NCBI GenBank assembly: GCA_947474365.1
Contig: CANJIU010000009.1
Location: forward strand, 64,457 to 128,456
Direction of reading: 5' to 3'
From: Opitutia bacterium
Lineage (GTDB): Bacteria > Verrucomicrobiota > Verrucomicrobiia > Opitutales > Opitutaceae
DNA: 64,000 bases
Positions 36,033 to 45,660 of the stretch are shown here, in pieces. Position 1 is the first letter of the stretch, and each line of letters starts with the position of its first letter. The notes below the pieces were generated by a model. The model was not told the DNA's origin. It saw only the letters and a program-made list of their open reading frames with translations, and did not search any database. The position numbers and the translations under genes were made by a program.

Positions 36033-37982
36033 ATGAATAGTCTCTTTCGTTTCCTCATCTTCCTCAGCGTCCTCCTCCCATGTGTTCGCGGCGCCACTCC
36101 TGCCCCGCGCCAAATGGAAGCCCTCGGTCGCGGCGTCGTCGCGCTAAAACTCGACGTCCACACGACCTTCGTCTCGTGGCGTGTGCTCGGCACCGATTCC
36201 GATGCGCTCGCCTTCAACCTCTACCGCGCCACTGGCAGCGACGCGCCGAAGAAGCTGAACCCCGCTCCGCTGCTCGTGAGCAACTTCACCGACACCACCG
36301 CCGACGCCGAGTCGGCGAACGCCTACTTCGTCCGCCCGATTCTCGCCGGTGTCGAGCAACCGCCGAGCGCGCGCTTCACCGTCACCGCGCATGCTCCCCC
36401 CCGGCCGTATCTCTCGATTCCCACGCGTACGCCGCCCGGTTATACGCTCAACGACTGCTCCGTTGGCGATCTCGACGGTGATGGAGAATATGAAATCATC
36501 GTCCACCTAACGGGTCGGGCGCGCGACAACTCGCAGGCCGGCGTCACCGACGAGCCACTGCTCCAGGCCTATAAGCTCGACGGCACCTTCCTCTGGCAAA
36601 TCAATCTCGGGAAAAACATCCGCGACGGCGCGCACTACACGCAGTTCATGGTGTACGACCTGGACGGAGACGGCCGCGCCGAGCTCGTCTGCAAAACGGC
36701 CGACGGCACAGTCGACGGAACCGGGAAAATCATCGGCGACCCCAACGCCGACTGGCGCACCAAGGGCGACGCCCCCGTCCCTTCGCGCGACCGCACCGGC
36801 AGCCGCACCACGTCCGACGGCAAGCGAGTCGCGTCGCGCGCCGGGTACGTCCTCGACGGCCCCGAGTTTCTCACCGTGTTCGATGGGCTCACCGGCAAGG
36901 CTCTCGCTACGACCAACTATCTTCCCGCGCGCGGCAAAGTCGAAGACTGGGGAGACTCGTATGGCAACCGCGTCGACCGCTTCCTCGCGTGTGTCGCGTA
37001 TCTCGACGGCGTCCGTCCGAGCGTCGTGATGTGCCGCGGCTATTACACCCGCACGACGCTCGTGGCGTGGGACTGGCGCGACGGCAAACTGACGCAGCGG
37101 TGGTTTTTCGACAGCGACAAGTATGGCCCCGCCGACGCCTCCAATCCCTATCGCGGCCAGGGCAATCACAACCTCAGCGTCGCCGACGTCGATGGCGACG
37201 GGAAGGACGAGATCATTTACGGTGCGATGTGCATCAACAGCGATGGCACGCCGCGCTACACGACCAAGCTCGGCCACGGTGATGCCTTGCACGTATCCGA
37301 CCTGGACCCGAACCGGCCCGGCCTTGAGGTCTTCGACATCCACGAAAACCCCAAGCACCCCTTCGGGCTTGAATTTCGCGACGCGAGCACGGGCGCGTTG
37401 ATTTGGGGCCAGCCCGGCGGCACGGAGGATTCACCCGACATCGGTCGCGGCTGCGCGATGGATCTCGATCCGCGTTACCCAGGTGCGGAGATGTGGGCCT
37501 CGGGCGGCCCGCGGGTGCGCGGACTCTACAACGTAAAGGGCGAAAAGATTTCCGAGCGCAATCCAAGCTCCTGCAACTTTGGCGTCTGGTGGGACGGCGA
37601 TCTCCTCCGCGAATTGCTCAACTCGAACCGCATCGACAAATGGAATTGGGAGACCGAAACCGAAACGCGTCTGCTCACCGCTGAGGACTGCGTCTCGAAC
37701 AACAGCACCAAATCAACGCCAGCCCTCTGTGCCGACATCCTCGGCGACTGGCGCGAGGAGGTCATCTGGCGCACCGCCGACAACCAGGAATTGCGCATCT
37801 ACAACACGACGATTCCAACGGAGCACCGACTCTACACCCTGATGCACGACCCGCAGTACCGGCTCGCGATTGCCTGGCAAAACGTCGCCTACAACCAGCC
37901 GCCGCATCCCGGATTCTTCCTCGGCGCCGGCATGAAGCCCGCGCCACGGCCGAATATCTCGTTGACCGCCGTGAAAAAATGA
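36033..37982 (+). CDS. Rhamnogalacturonan lyase, polysaccharide lyase family 11-like (FG-GAP / beta-propeller with DxDGDG Ca sites)
   Basis: Signal peptide MNSLFRFLIFLSVLLPCVRG. Repeated DxDGDG(R/K)xE motifs (GDLDGDGEYEII, YDLDGDGRAELV, ADVDGDGKDEII). 650 aa. Family call by resemblance to YesW/YesX-type PL11 enzymes. Confidence 0.65.
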   Translation: MNSLFRFLIFLSVLLPCVRGATPAPRQMEALGRGVVALKLDVHTTFVSWRVLGTDSDALAFNLYRATGSDAPKKLNPAPLLVSNFTDTTADAESANAYFVRPILAGVEQPPSARFTVTAHAPPRPYLSIPTRTPPGYTLNDCSVGDLDGDGEYEIIVHLTGRARDNSQAGVTDEPLLQAYKLDGTFLWQINLGKNIRDGAHYTQFMVYDLDGDGRAELVCKTADGTVDGTGKIIGDPNADWRTKGDAPVPSRDRTGSRTTSDGKRVASRAGYVLDGPEFLTVFDGLTGKALATTNYLPARGKVEDWGDSYGNRVDRFLACVAYLDGVRPSVVMCRGYYTRTTLVAWDWRDGKLTQRWFFDSDKYGPADASNPYRGQGNHNLSVADVDGDGKDEIIYGAMCINSDGTPRYTTKLGHGDALHVSDLDPNRPGLEVFDIHENPKHPFGLEFRDASTGALIWGQPGGTEDSPDIGRGCAMDLDPRYPGAEMWASGGPRVRGLYNVKGEKISERNPSSCNFGVWWDGDLLRELLNSNRIDKWNWETETETRLLTAEDCVSNNSTKSTPALCADILGDWREEVIWRTADNQELRIYNTTIPTEHRLYTLMHDPQYRLAIAWQNVAYNQPPHPGFFLGAGMKPAPRPNISLTAVKK

Positions 37983-38010
37983 AACGCAGGATCACGTCAC
38001 AACGAGTGGA

Positions 38011-38147
38011 GGGACCAAGAGACCAATGACCAAGAGACCGACAAGCCCCCTCGGCGCATCTCGGTTGCCGCCGTCCCAACGTCTCTTCGTCCCGCGGGAC
38101 CTTGGTCGTTTAGTCCCTTGGTCCCTTCGTCTCTTTGTCGTTTTTTT
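38011..38147. repeat. Nested imperfect inverted repeats (gggaccaag...cttggtccc, and gaccaag...cttggtc) ending in a T7 run. They overlap the start codon region of the next ORF.
   Basis: A1 38011-38019 pairs with B2 38117-38125. A2 38029-38035 pairs with B1 38101-38107. The ttttttt run is at 38141-38147. Confidence 0.55.
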
Positions 38148-38634
38148 ATTGGTCTCCGCTCTCACGTCATCCGCCCATGCGCACGATCCCCATGAAGCGT
38201 TTGCGACGGTCACGCTCCTCCCCGACCGTCTTGAACTGGAGATCACGATGGCGGCGTCCACAGCGCTCAAACTCATCGATCCCGACGGAAAGTTTCCTCC
38301 GCTCCGTCCGGAGAACATTGCCGAACATCGTCCGCGACTGACGCGTGAAGCAGAGCTGCTGTTCATCGTCACTTCTGAACGCAAGCCGCTCAAGCCGCTG
38401 AAGGCCGACCTTGAACTCACTCCGGAAAACGACCTTGTCTTCACCGTGAAGTATCCGCCGCCGACTGCGGGCCGGTTGCTGTTTTCCGCCGCCTTCCTGC
38501 GCCGACTTGGCGAAGGTTACGGAGGAATCATCGAGGTCAACGACCGGCACGGCCAAAACCTCGGATGGGAACAGCTCCAGTGGGCGCAGCCCAACTTCGA
38601 CCTCACGCTGCCTCAAGAAACACCCGCGAGATAA
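38026..38634 (+). CDS. Hypothetical secreted protein
   Basis: ORF with an internal signal-peptide-like segment RLFVVFLLVSALTSSAHA. The start codon is uncertain; the ATG at 38026 lies inside the inverted repeat. No recognisable domain. Confidence 0.4.
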   Translation: MTKRPTSPLGASRLPPSQRLFVPRDLGRLVPWSLRLFVVFLLVSALTSSAHAHDPHEAFATVTLLPDRLELEITMAASTALKLIDPDGKFPPLRPENIAEHRPRLTREAELLFIVTSERKPLKPLKADLELTPENDLVFTVKYPPPTAGRLLFSAAFLRRLGEGYGGIIEVNDRHGQNLGWEQLQWAQPNFDLTLPQETPAR

Positions 38635-38659
38635 TCCTGCAGTGCCCAACACCGGGCTC

Positions 38660-40786
38660 TCAAGCCGGCGGCAGTGTCATGCGAAACGACGCCCCTTCCC
38701 CTGGCGCGGATCGAACTGTGAGTGTGCCGCCGTGCAGCCGCACCAGCTCGTGCGCCAGGTACAGTCCCAGTCCGCTCGACGATTCCCCCAAGGTGGGTCG
38801 CGCTGAAAGGCGCATGAAGGGCTGAAACAACCGGGCCTGCTCCTCGGTGGAGAGCCCTGGGCCGGAATCGCGGACTTCAATCCAGACACCCGTGGGGTCG
38901 TGGCCCGAAGCGATCGTAACGCGGCCGTGAGTCGGAGTGTACTTGATCGCGTTGCTGACGAGATTCCCCAGCACCTGACCGATCCGCACTTCCTCGCCAC
39001 GCACTGGTGGAAGCGGTGACACGGGTTCTTCGACGGAGAAAATCTGGCGTTTTTGGCCGGCGCGCGTCCAATAATCCGATGCGACCTGGGAGACGACCCG
39101 CCCGAGCTCGACCTTTGCCAACCGCAGCTCAAGCCGACCGACGTCCAGGGCAGCGTGATCGATGAAATCATGAACCAGTTGAATCATCCGCACGGTTTCC
39201 GCACGCATCGAACCGGCGAGCGCCGTCACCGTCTCGGGCCGGCCCGACGATTCCTCCATCAATTGCGCAGCGCTGTTCAGCGTGGCGAGTGGCGCCTTGA
39301 GATCATGTGACGCAAAAACGAGCAGGCGGCTCTGCAGGGCGGCCGCGTTTTCGGCGGCATCGCGGGCAGCCCGCGTGTCGGCGGAGGTTTTTCGCTCGGC
39401 GCGGAGGCGTGTCCGCTGCACGACCACGACTGCTCCGAGCACGACCAGCACCATGCCCGCGGTGGCGGCATAGGCCAGACGCGCGACCCGAATCCGGGAC
39501 AATTCGGCGTTGGCGGCACGCAAGTCGGCCTCCTTGGCCCGAAGATCGGCGGCCGTCTGCGCAAGTTGAGCCGCGCGTGCCTGTGCCGCGGCGGCTTGGA
39601 TCTCGTTTTCCCGGCTGAGGCGCACGAGTTCCTGATCTTTCCGGACGAAATCATATTGGGCTTGGAGCTCGGCGGTGCGTTGCAGCGCGGCGCGGCCCGC
39701 AATCAGTTCGCGTTGCTTGAATTCCAGCCGGGCCGCCGCCAGCGCCGCGGGGAAATCACCCCGCGCCTCCTGCACTGCGGCCAATTGTCGGAAGACTCCC
39801 GCACGGAGTTCGGGTGAATCAATTGCCTCGGCATAGCCACGGGCTTCCTCGATGTGGCCGAACGCCTCCTCCCGGCGCCCGAGCTTGAGACAAACTTCCG
39901 ACAGGCAGCGCAGGGTTCCCGTCAATTTGACTTTGCCCCGCAGCGTCCGGCGTTGTGCGAGGATGGGCTGGAGCGCGGCGAACGCCTCCTCCACGCGTCC
40001 CTCCGCCAAGTCCAACATGGCGAGCTGTTGCTCGAGATCGGCGATGTCGGTGCGGTTTCCCTGCTCGCGTTTGATGGCGAGACTGCGCAGGTAGCCCTTC
40101 CGCGCGGCCGCGAGATCGCCCATCGATTCGGAAATCGACGCCAGGTTGTGCGCGTACATGGCAATCGCCGGCCGGTTTTCCCGCTGCTCACAATAAGCGA
40201 GCGCCCGTTGAGTGTACTCGAAGGCGCGCTTGAGATCGCCCAGCGAGTGGTAGCTCGCTCCGATTGCTGCCGCCGCCGTGCTTTGGGTGTTGGGAGAAAG
40301 TTTGTCGTCGGCCATCCGAAGGCTTCGCAGCAGGTAATCGATCGCCGAAGCATGGTCACCCGCCGCTCGGAGGTTCAACGCGTGACCATAGCAGGCGTTG
40401 AAGAGCAGTAGACTGTCCTTCTGCTTTTCGGCCGACGCCAGGGCATCGCGGGAATGGCCGAGCGCACTGGGAATGTCGTTCTGCCTTCGCGCGGCATGCC
40501 CCAGCATGAGCTCAGCATAGGCTTCGTTCACCGGATCTCCGGCGTCGCGCGCCGCCACGCGCTTCGCCTCCGCCGTCTCCTTCGCCCGTTTCGAATCGGT
40601 CAACACAACCTTCGCCATCTCCCTAAACCACCTCGGCAGCCGCGGATTGTCCTCGGTCGAAGCGTCGTCTGCGGGTTGTCCCACCAGCCGCAGCACCAGA
40701 AACATGAATCCGACCGCCAGGCACGCCGTCCTGCTCCCGCGTGACAACACGCCGGGCTTCCGAGGTTGGAGGTGGTGTCGTTCCAT
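38660..40786 (-). CDS. Sensor histidine kinase with periplasmic/TPR repeat region, coiled-coil, TM, HisKA and HATPase_c
   Basis: TPR-like repeats (AYAELMLGHAARRQND..., SLGDLKRAFEYTQRALAYCEQ...). TM helix AGMVLVVLGAVVVV. H-box LLVFASHDLKAPLATL. HATPase (DSGPGLSTEE, GLGLYLAHELVRLHGGTL). The start is probably at MFLVLRLVG (~40705). Confidence 0.85.
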   Translation of the reverse strand: MERHHLQPRKPGVLSRGSRTACLAVGFMFLVLRLVGQPADDASTEDNPRLPRWFREMAKVVLTDSKRAKETAEAKRVAARDAGDPVNEAYAELMLGHAARRQNDIPSALGHSRDALASAEKQKDSLLLFNACYGHALNLRAAGDHASAIDYLLRSLRMADDKLSPNTQSTAAAAIGASYHSLGDLKRAFEYTQRALAYCEQRENRPAIAMYAHNLASISESMGDLAAARKGYLRSLAIKREQGNRTDIADLEQQLAMLDLAEGRVEEAFAALQPILAQRRTLRGKVKLTGTLRCLSEVCLKLGRREEAFGHIEEARGYAEAIDSPELRAGVFRQLAAVQEARGDFPAALAAARLEFKQRELIAGRAALQRTAELQAQYDFVRKDQELVRLSRENEIQAAAAQARAAQLAQTAADLRAKEADLRAANAELSRIRVARLAYAATAGMVLVVLGAVVVVQRTRLRAERKTSADTRAARDAAENAAALQSRLLVFASHDLKAPLATLNSAAQLMEESSGRPETVTALAGSMRAETVRMIQLVHDFIDHAALDVGRLELRLAKVELGRVVSQVASDYWTRAGQKRQIFSVEEPVSPLPPVRGEEVRIGQVLGNLVSNAIKYTPTHGRVTIASGHDPTGVWIEVRDSGPGLSTEEQARLFQPFMRLSARPTLGESSSGLGLYLAHELVRLHGGTLTVRSAPGEGASFRMTLPPA

Positions 40787-40962
40787 TCGGGGAAAAAATT
40801 ACCCATCGCCACCTCTCGCTGGCAATCCACAACACCGGACGATCGAACCTCACGATTCACGGCGGAACCTCCCTGCAAAACAGGACTGACAAGCGCCGCC
40901 GTCACCGCGCATCGTTGCGTCCGCAATGCCGGACGCCCGTTAACCCAATCCCCTCCGCCCTC

Positions 40963-42255
40963 ATGAGTTCACTTCCATCTTCGAAACCCGGATCGCCAAA
41001 TCCCACCCGTCGCCACTTCCTTCGTCAACTCGCGGTCGCCGCGACCGCTGCCACCGTGCTGCCCCGCACCTTCGCAGCGCTCCCCAAGGCAAAGATCACA
41101 AAGATCAACATCTATCGCCCGCCGGTCCTCAATCTGCATTTCAACCAGAGCAACATGGTCGTCACGATCGAAACCGATCAGGCCGGACTGATCGGTGTCG
41201 GTGAAGGTGGAGCGCGCGACACGATCGAGCAATGTGCGATGCGGCTAATCGGCCGAAACCCATTCGACATCGAACGCTGCTGGCAGGACATGTACCGCTC
41301 GTGGTTCTACTCGCCCGGACGTGAAAAAATCCACGCGCTCGGCGCCCTCGATCTCGCTCTTTGGGACCTGAAGGGCAAAGCCCTCGGCGTTCCCGTCTAC
41401 GATCTCATCGGCGGGATGAACCGCACCTACCTCGAAACCTATCTCTCCGGCGGCGGCACCGGCACGCAACTGCAGGAACGCGCCCGCGCCACAATCGAGG
41501 CTGGCCACCGCGCGTTCCGGATGGACGCCGCCAGTCCAAACCCAAACGGACCCGTCACCGAGGCGGGGCCGTTGCCCGGTCCGATCTACAACACACACGA
41601 GCGCGTCGGCCAGGTGGCCAAAAACGCGAAGGACGTCCGCATCGGTGTCGGCGAGGCCGGTGACTGGCTGATCGACCTGCATCAGCGTTTCGACTACGCC
41701 GACGCGCTTCGTTGCTGCAAGCTGATCGAGGAATACGCGCCCTATCTCGTCGAGGACCCGACGCGCGACGAACAATTCCGCGACGACATTCCGAAGCTCC
41801 GCAAGATGACCAGCGTGCCGCTCGCCGCGGGCGAGGAATGGGGCCAGCGTTGGGATTTCCACAAGCTCGTTGAAAACAAGGATGTCGATTACGTGCGGTG
41901 CACGCTGCCCAATGTCGGCGGCATCACCGAGATGCTGAAAATCGCCGCGCTCTGCGAGACGCACGCCGTCGGCATCGTGCCGCACTTCACCGGCTCGATC
42001 TCGACCGCCGCGCTGGTGCATGCCCTCGGGCCGTTCTCCGGCCCCGTTCTCGTTGAGATTGGCCAAAACGTGAAACTGCCCGAGCACATCAGCGAAGGCC
42101 TGGATTTCCGGCGCGGCAAGATCTGGCCAACGAGTCGCCCCGGACTCGGCGTCACGCTCAATATGGAGCGGCTCACGCTTGTCACCGCAATTACAGATCC
42201 CGGCACGAAGCGCCCGGTGTTTTTCCGCCCCGATGGGTCGCAGACGAGTTGGTAA
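40963..42255 (+). CDS. Enolase-superfamily enzyme (mandelate racemase / D-galactonate dehydratase-like) with Tat signal peptide
   Basis: Start MSSLPSSKPGSPNPTRRHFLRQLAVAATAATVLPRTFAA (twin-arginine). MR-family capping domain and TIM barrel with a YLVEDP-type metal-ligand block. Confidence 0.75.
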   Translation: MSSLPSSKPGSPNPTRRHFLRQLAVAATAATVLPRTFAALPKAKITKINIYRPPVLNLHFNQSNMVVTIETDQAGLIGVGEGGARDTIEQCAMRLIGRNPFDIERCWQDMYRSWFYSPGREKIHALGALDLALWDLKGKALGVPVYDLIGGMNRTYLETYLSGGGTGTQLQERARATIEAGHRAFRMDAASPNPNGPVTEAGPLPGPIYNTHERVGQVAKNAKDVRIGVGEAGDWLIDLHQRFDYADALRCCKLIEEYAPYLVEDPTRDEQFRDDIPKLRKMTSVPLAAGEEWGQRWDFHKLVENKDVDYVRCTLPNVGGITEMLKIAALCETHAVGIVPHFTGSISTAALVHALGPFSGPVLVEIGQNVKLPEHISEGLDFRRGKIWPTSRPGLGVTLNMERLTLVTAITDPGTKRPVFFRPDGSQTSW

Positions 42256-42282
42256 GCGTCCAACGGATCCGCTCTTCCCGCC

Positions 42283-43623
42283 ATGGCTCCCCTCCACACT
42301 TTCCCTCTTTGTCGCTCCGTCGCCACCTCGTTCACCGCGGCGCTGCTCGCTGCCGCGGCTCTTGCCCAATCAGCTTCGCAGCCTCCACTCGATGCGATTG
42401 CCAGCGATCCGGCAAAACTCGGCTGGATGATCGGGTCTCCACCTCCGCACGACAAACTGATCAAGTTTTCCGACGGCTCCTTTCGCACGTTTCCGCAAAC
42501 CCGCTGGGCTTTTTCCCACCTCCGTGAATTTGTTCCCACTCGCGTGATCCCACGCGGCACCGGCCCAGTCTCGCCGCTCCCGCGCCACGAACGCACCGAT
42601 CTGGATGCGGTCACGTTTCTCCCGCTCGACCGCAAAGAGACCATGACGTGGGCGCAGTCCCTCCTCGCCAACTATACAGACGGGGTTCTCGTCCTCCATC
42701 GCGGGCGCATCGTCTACGAACGTTACTTTGGCGTGCTCACACCCGAGCGCCCGCACATCGCCTTCTCGGTCACGAAATCGTTTGTCGGCACGCTCGCGGC
42801 TGCGCTGGTGGCGGAGGGCGCGCTCGACGATCACGCGCCCGTCACGCGCTACGTGCCGGAATTGAAGCGCTCGGGTTTTGGCGACGCGACGGTCCGTCAG
42901 GTGATGGACATGACCGTCGGCCTCAAATACTCGGAAGTTTACGCCGATCCGAAAGCCGATCACTGGGATTTTACCCGGGCCGGCAACATGCTGCCACGGC
43001 CTGCCGGCTATCAGGGGCCGGACTCCTATTACGAGTACGTCGTCACCATCCCAAAGGAACGCGAGCACGGAGACCGCTTCGCCTATAAAACCCCCAATGC
43101 GAGCGTGCTGGGCTGGATCCTGCACCGCGCCACCGGAAAATCACTTGGCGACTTGGTGCAGGAACGCCTCTGGTCTAAACTTGGCGTCGAGCACGATGCC
43201 TATTTTACCGTCGATCACAGCGGCACCGAAAATGGCGGCGGAGGACTCAATCTCACCCTGCGCGACATGGCACGATTCGGAGAGATGATCCGGCTCGACG
43301 GGCGGTTCAACGGCCAGCAGATCGTCCCCAAAGCCGCGGTCGACGACATCCGCCACGGTGGCAACCGCGACCACTTTACCCTGGCGGGTTACAAGACCCT
43401 GCCCGGTTGGAGTTATCGCGACATGTGGTGGATCTCACATAACGAACATGGGGCGTTCGCGGCCCGGGGAATCCATGGCCAATGCATCTACATCGATCCG
43501 AAAGCCGAGATGGTCATCATTCGTTTCGCCTCCCACCCCATCGCCGCCAATTCCAATTTCGACGCCACCTCGCTGCCGGCGTTTCAGGCCCTCGCGAACC
43601 ATCTCATGGCGGCACCGCATTGA
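42283..43623 (+). CDS. Serine hydrolase, class C beta-lactamase / transpeptidase fold, secreted
   Basis: Signal peptide. S-x-x-K motif FSVTKSFVGTLAA. 446 aa. Confidence 0.8.
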   Translation: MAPLHTFPLCRSVATSFTAALLAAAALAQSASQPPLDAIASDPAKLGWMIGSPPPHDKLIKFSDGSFRTFPQTRWAFSHLREFVPTRVIPRGTGPVSPLPRHERTDLDAVTFLPLDRKETMTWAQSLLANYTDGVLVLHRGRIVYERYFGVLTPERPHIAFSVTKSFVGTLAAALVAEGALDDHAPVTRYVPELKRSGFGDATVRQVMDMTVGLKYSEVYADPKADHWDFTRAGNMLPRPAGYQGPDSYYEYVVTIPKEREHGDRFAYKTPNASVLGWILHRATGKSLGDLVQERLWSKLGVEHDAYFTVDHSGTENGGGGLNLTLRDMARFGEMIRLDGRFNGQQIVPKAAVDDIRHGGNRDHFTLAGYKTLPGWSYRDMWWISHNEHGAFAARGIHGQCIYIDPKAEMVIIRFASHPIAANSNFDATSLPAFQALANHLMAAPH

Positions 43624-43703
43624 GCGGGCGATTTCCTGACGTCCGTTGCCCGCCATATCGCCATTGACGCCGCCTCTCCCGCTCCCATTCCATCCGCGCA
43701 ACC

Positions 43704-44930
43704 ATGAGCACACCGCAACCGCGCCTCGATGATCTCCGCATCGAACGCCCGGAGAACACGGAAACTCCGTCGCGTGTATTGCCGTGGGGACTCACGCTCC
43801 TCGCCGTGGCCGTCGTCGCGGCAGCCATTTGGTGGTTCACCCGCCCCAAGCCCCCAGTCGTCCAAACCGCCGTCGCCCGAGAAGTCACCACCGCTGGCAC
43901 GGACCGCACCGTGCTCAATGCCTCGGGTTACATCGTCGCGCGCCGCGAGGCCACCGTTTCGTCCAAAGTCACGGGCAAGGTCGTCGTCGTCCACGTTGAA
44001 GAGGGACTGAGCGTGAAGGACGGTCAGGTGCTGGCCCAACTTGACGACACCAACGTCCAGGCCAGCCTCCTCCTCGCCCGCGCCCAACTCGCCGCCGCCG
44101 GAACTGCCCTTGAGGAATCGCGCGTGCGGCTGCGGGAGGCAGAACAGGAATTGCAGCGCCAGACCGCCTTGAGGAAAAATGGCGTGTCCGCCCAGGCCGA
44201 GTTCGATCACGCCGAAGCCTCGGCCCATGCGTGGAAGGCCCGTCTCGCCCAACAGCAGAGCGAGCAGACCGTCGCCGAACGCACCGTTGCCATCTGGCAG
44301 CAACAACTCGACGACACCATCATCCGCGCGCCGTTCGCCGGCATCGTCACTTCGAAAAACGCCCAACCCGGCGAGATGATTTCCCCGATGTCCTCCGGCG
44401 GATTCACCCGCACCGGCATCTGCACCATCGTCGACATGCAATCCCTCGAAGTCGAAATCGATGTCAACGAGAGCTACATCAATCGCGTCGTGCCGGGCCA
44501 ACCGGTCGACGCGACGCTCGACGCCTATCCCGCCTGGAAAATCCCGTGCAAGGTCATCGCCATCATCCCGACGGCCGACCGCCAAAAATCCACGGTGAAG
44601 GTACGGGTCGGCTTCAATCAACTCGATTCCCGCATCCTGCCGCAAATGGCGGTGAAGGTGGCCTTTCGCGAATCCGGTCCGCCCCCCGCAGCCGCAGCCA
44701 GCGCCAATCGCGGAGTGATCGTCCCCAAGGGCGCCGTGCGCAGCCGCGACGGGCGTGACGTGGTCTTTGTGATTCGTGACGACCGCGCCGAACGTCGCGC
44801 GGTCACGGTCATTGGGACGCAAAACGGTGACTCTACCATCGGAGCTGGAGTGTCACCCGGCGAAAAAGTCGCAGTCGACGGCCCGGATGACTTGGCCGAC
44901 GGCACCCGCGTGGCGGAAAAGAAGCTATGA
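43704..44930 (+). CDS. Efflux transporter periplasmic adaptor subunit (HlyD/MacA family)
   Basis: N-terminal TM. Coiled-coil hairpin and lipoyl/beta-barrel domains. 408 aa. Overlaps the next gene by 4 bp. Confidence 0.85.
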   Translation: MSTPQPRLDDLRIERPENTETPSRVLPWGLTLLAVAVVAAAIWWFTRPKPPVVQTAVAREVTTAGTDRTVLNASGYIVARREATVSSKVTGKVVVVHVEEGLSVKDGQVLAQLDDTNVQASLLLARAQLAAAGTALEESRVRLREAEQELQRQTALRKNGVSAQAEFDHAEASAHAWKARLAQQQSEQTVAERTVAIWQQQLDDTIIRAPFAGIVTSKNAQPGEMISPMSSGGFTRTGICTIVDMQSLEVEIDVNESYINRVVPGQPVDATLDAYPAWKIPCKVIAIIPTADRQKSTVKVRVGFNQLDSRILPQMAVKVAFRESGPPPAAAASANRGVIVPKGAVRSRDGRDVVFVIRDDRAERRAVTVIGTQNGDSTIGAGVSPGEKVAVDGPDDLADGTRVAEKKL

Positions 44931-45640
44931 GCACGAATACAAATGCCGCGAACGGCGATCCGTTGGTCCATGTCGAAGGCGTGGAAAAGGTGTTTCAACG
45001 CGGCTCGGAAAAAATCCATGTCCTCGCCCAATTGGATCTCACCGTGGGCCGCGGCGAGTTCGTTGCCCTCATGGGACCGTCGGGCTCCGGCAAGAGTACG
45101 CTCCTGAACCTGATCGGCGGCCTCGACCGTCCGACCAAGGGAAGCGTCAGCATCGCCGGTGACCGGGTCGACGAACTATCCGACCGCCAACTCGCCGGGT
45201 GGCGCGCCCGGCATATCGGTTTTGTCTTCCAGCTCTACAACCTGATTCCCGTGCTGACGGCGGAACGCAACGTCGAGCTCCCGTTGCTTCTCACCCACCT
45301 CTCCAAGGCCGAGCGGACCAAACACGTGGCGACCGCACTGGCGATGGTCGGGCTTTCCCACCGCGCCCGACATTTTCCACGCACGATGTCAGGTGGCGAA
45401 CAACAGCGCGTGGGCATCGCCCGCGGCATTGTGACGGACCCGACTCTCCTCCTGTGCGATGAGCCGACCGGCGACCTCGACCGCAAATCGGGCGACGAAA
45501 TTCTGGACCTGCTGCAGGCGCTGAATCGCGAGCAAGGTAAGACGATCATCATGGTCACGCACGATGCCCACGCTTCGGCCCGCGCGTCCCGGACGGTGCA
45601 TCTCTACAAGGGCCAGATCACCAGCGAGGCGGTGAAGTAA
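44927..45640 (+). CDS. ABC transporter ATP-binding protein (MacB/LolD-type)
   Basis: Walker A GPSGSGKST. Signature LSGGEQQRVGIARG. Walker B LLLCDEPTGDLD. Confidence 0.9.
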   Translation: MSTNTNAANGDPLVHVEGVEKVFQRGSEKIHVLAQLDLTVGRGEFVALMGPSGSGKSTLLNLIGGLDRPTKGSVSIAGDRVDELSDRQLAGWRARHIGFVFQLYNLIPVLTAERNVELPLLLTHLSKAERTKHVATALAMVGLSHRARHFPRTMSGGEQQRVGIARGIVTDPTLLLCDEPTGDLDRKSGDEILDLLQALNREQGKTIIMVTHDAHASARASRTVHLYKGQITSEAVK

Positions 45641-45660
45641 ACGGGCTCCCGCCGCTTCCG

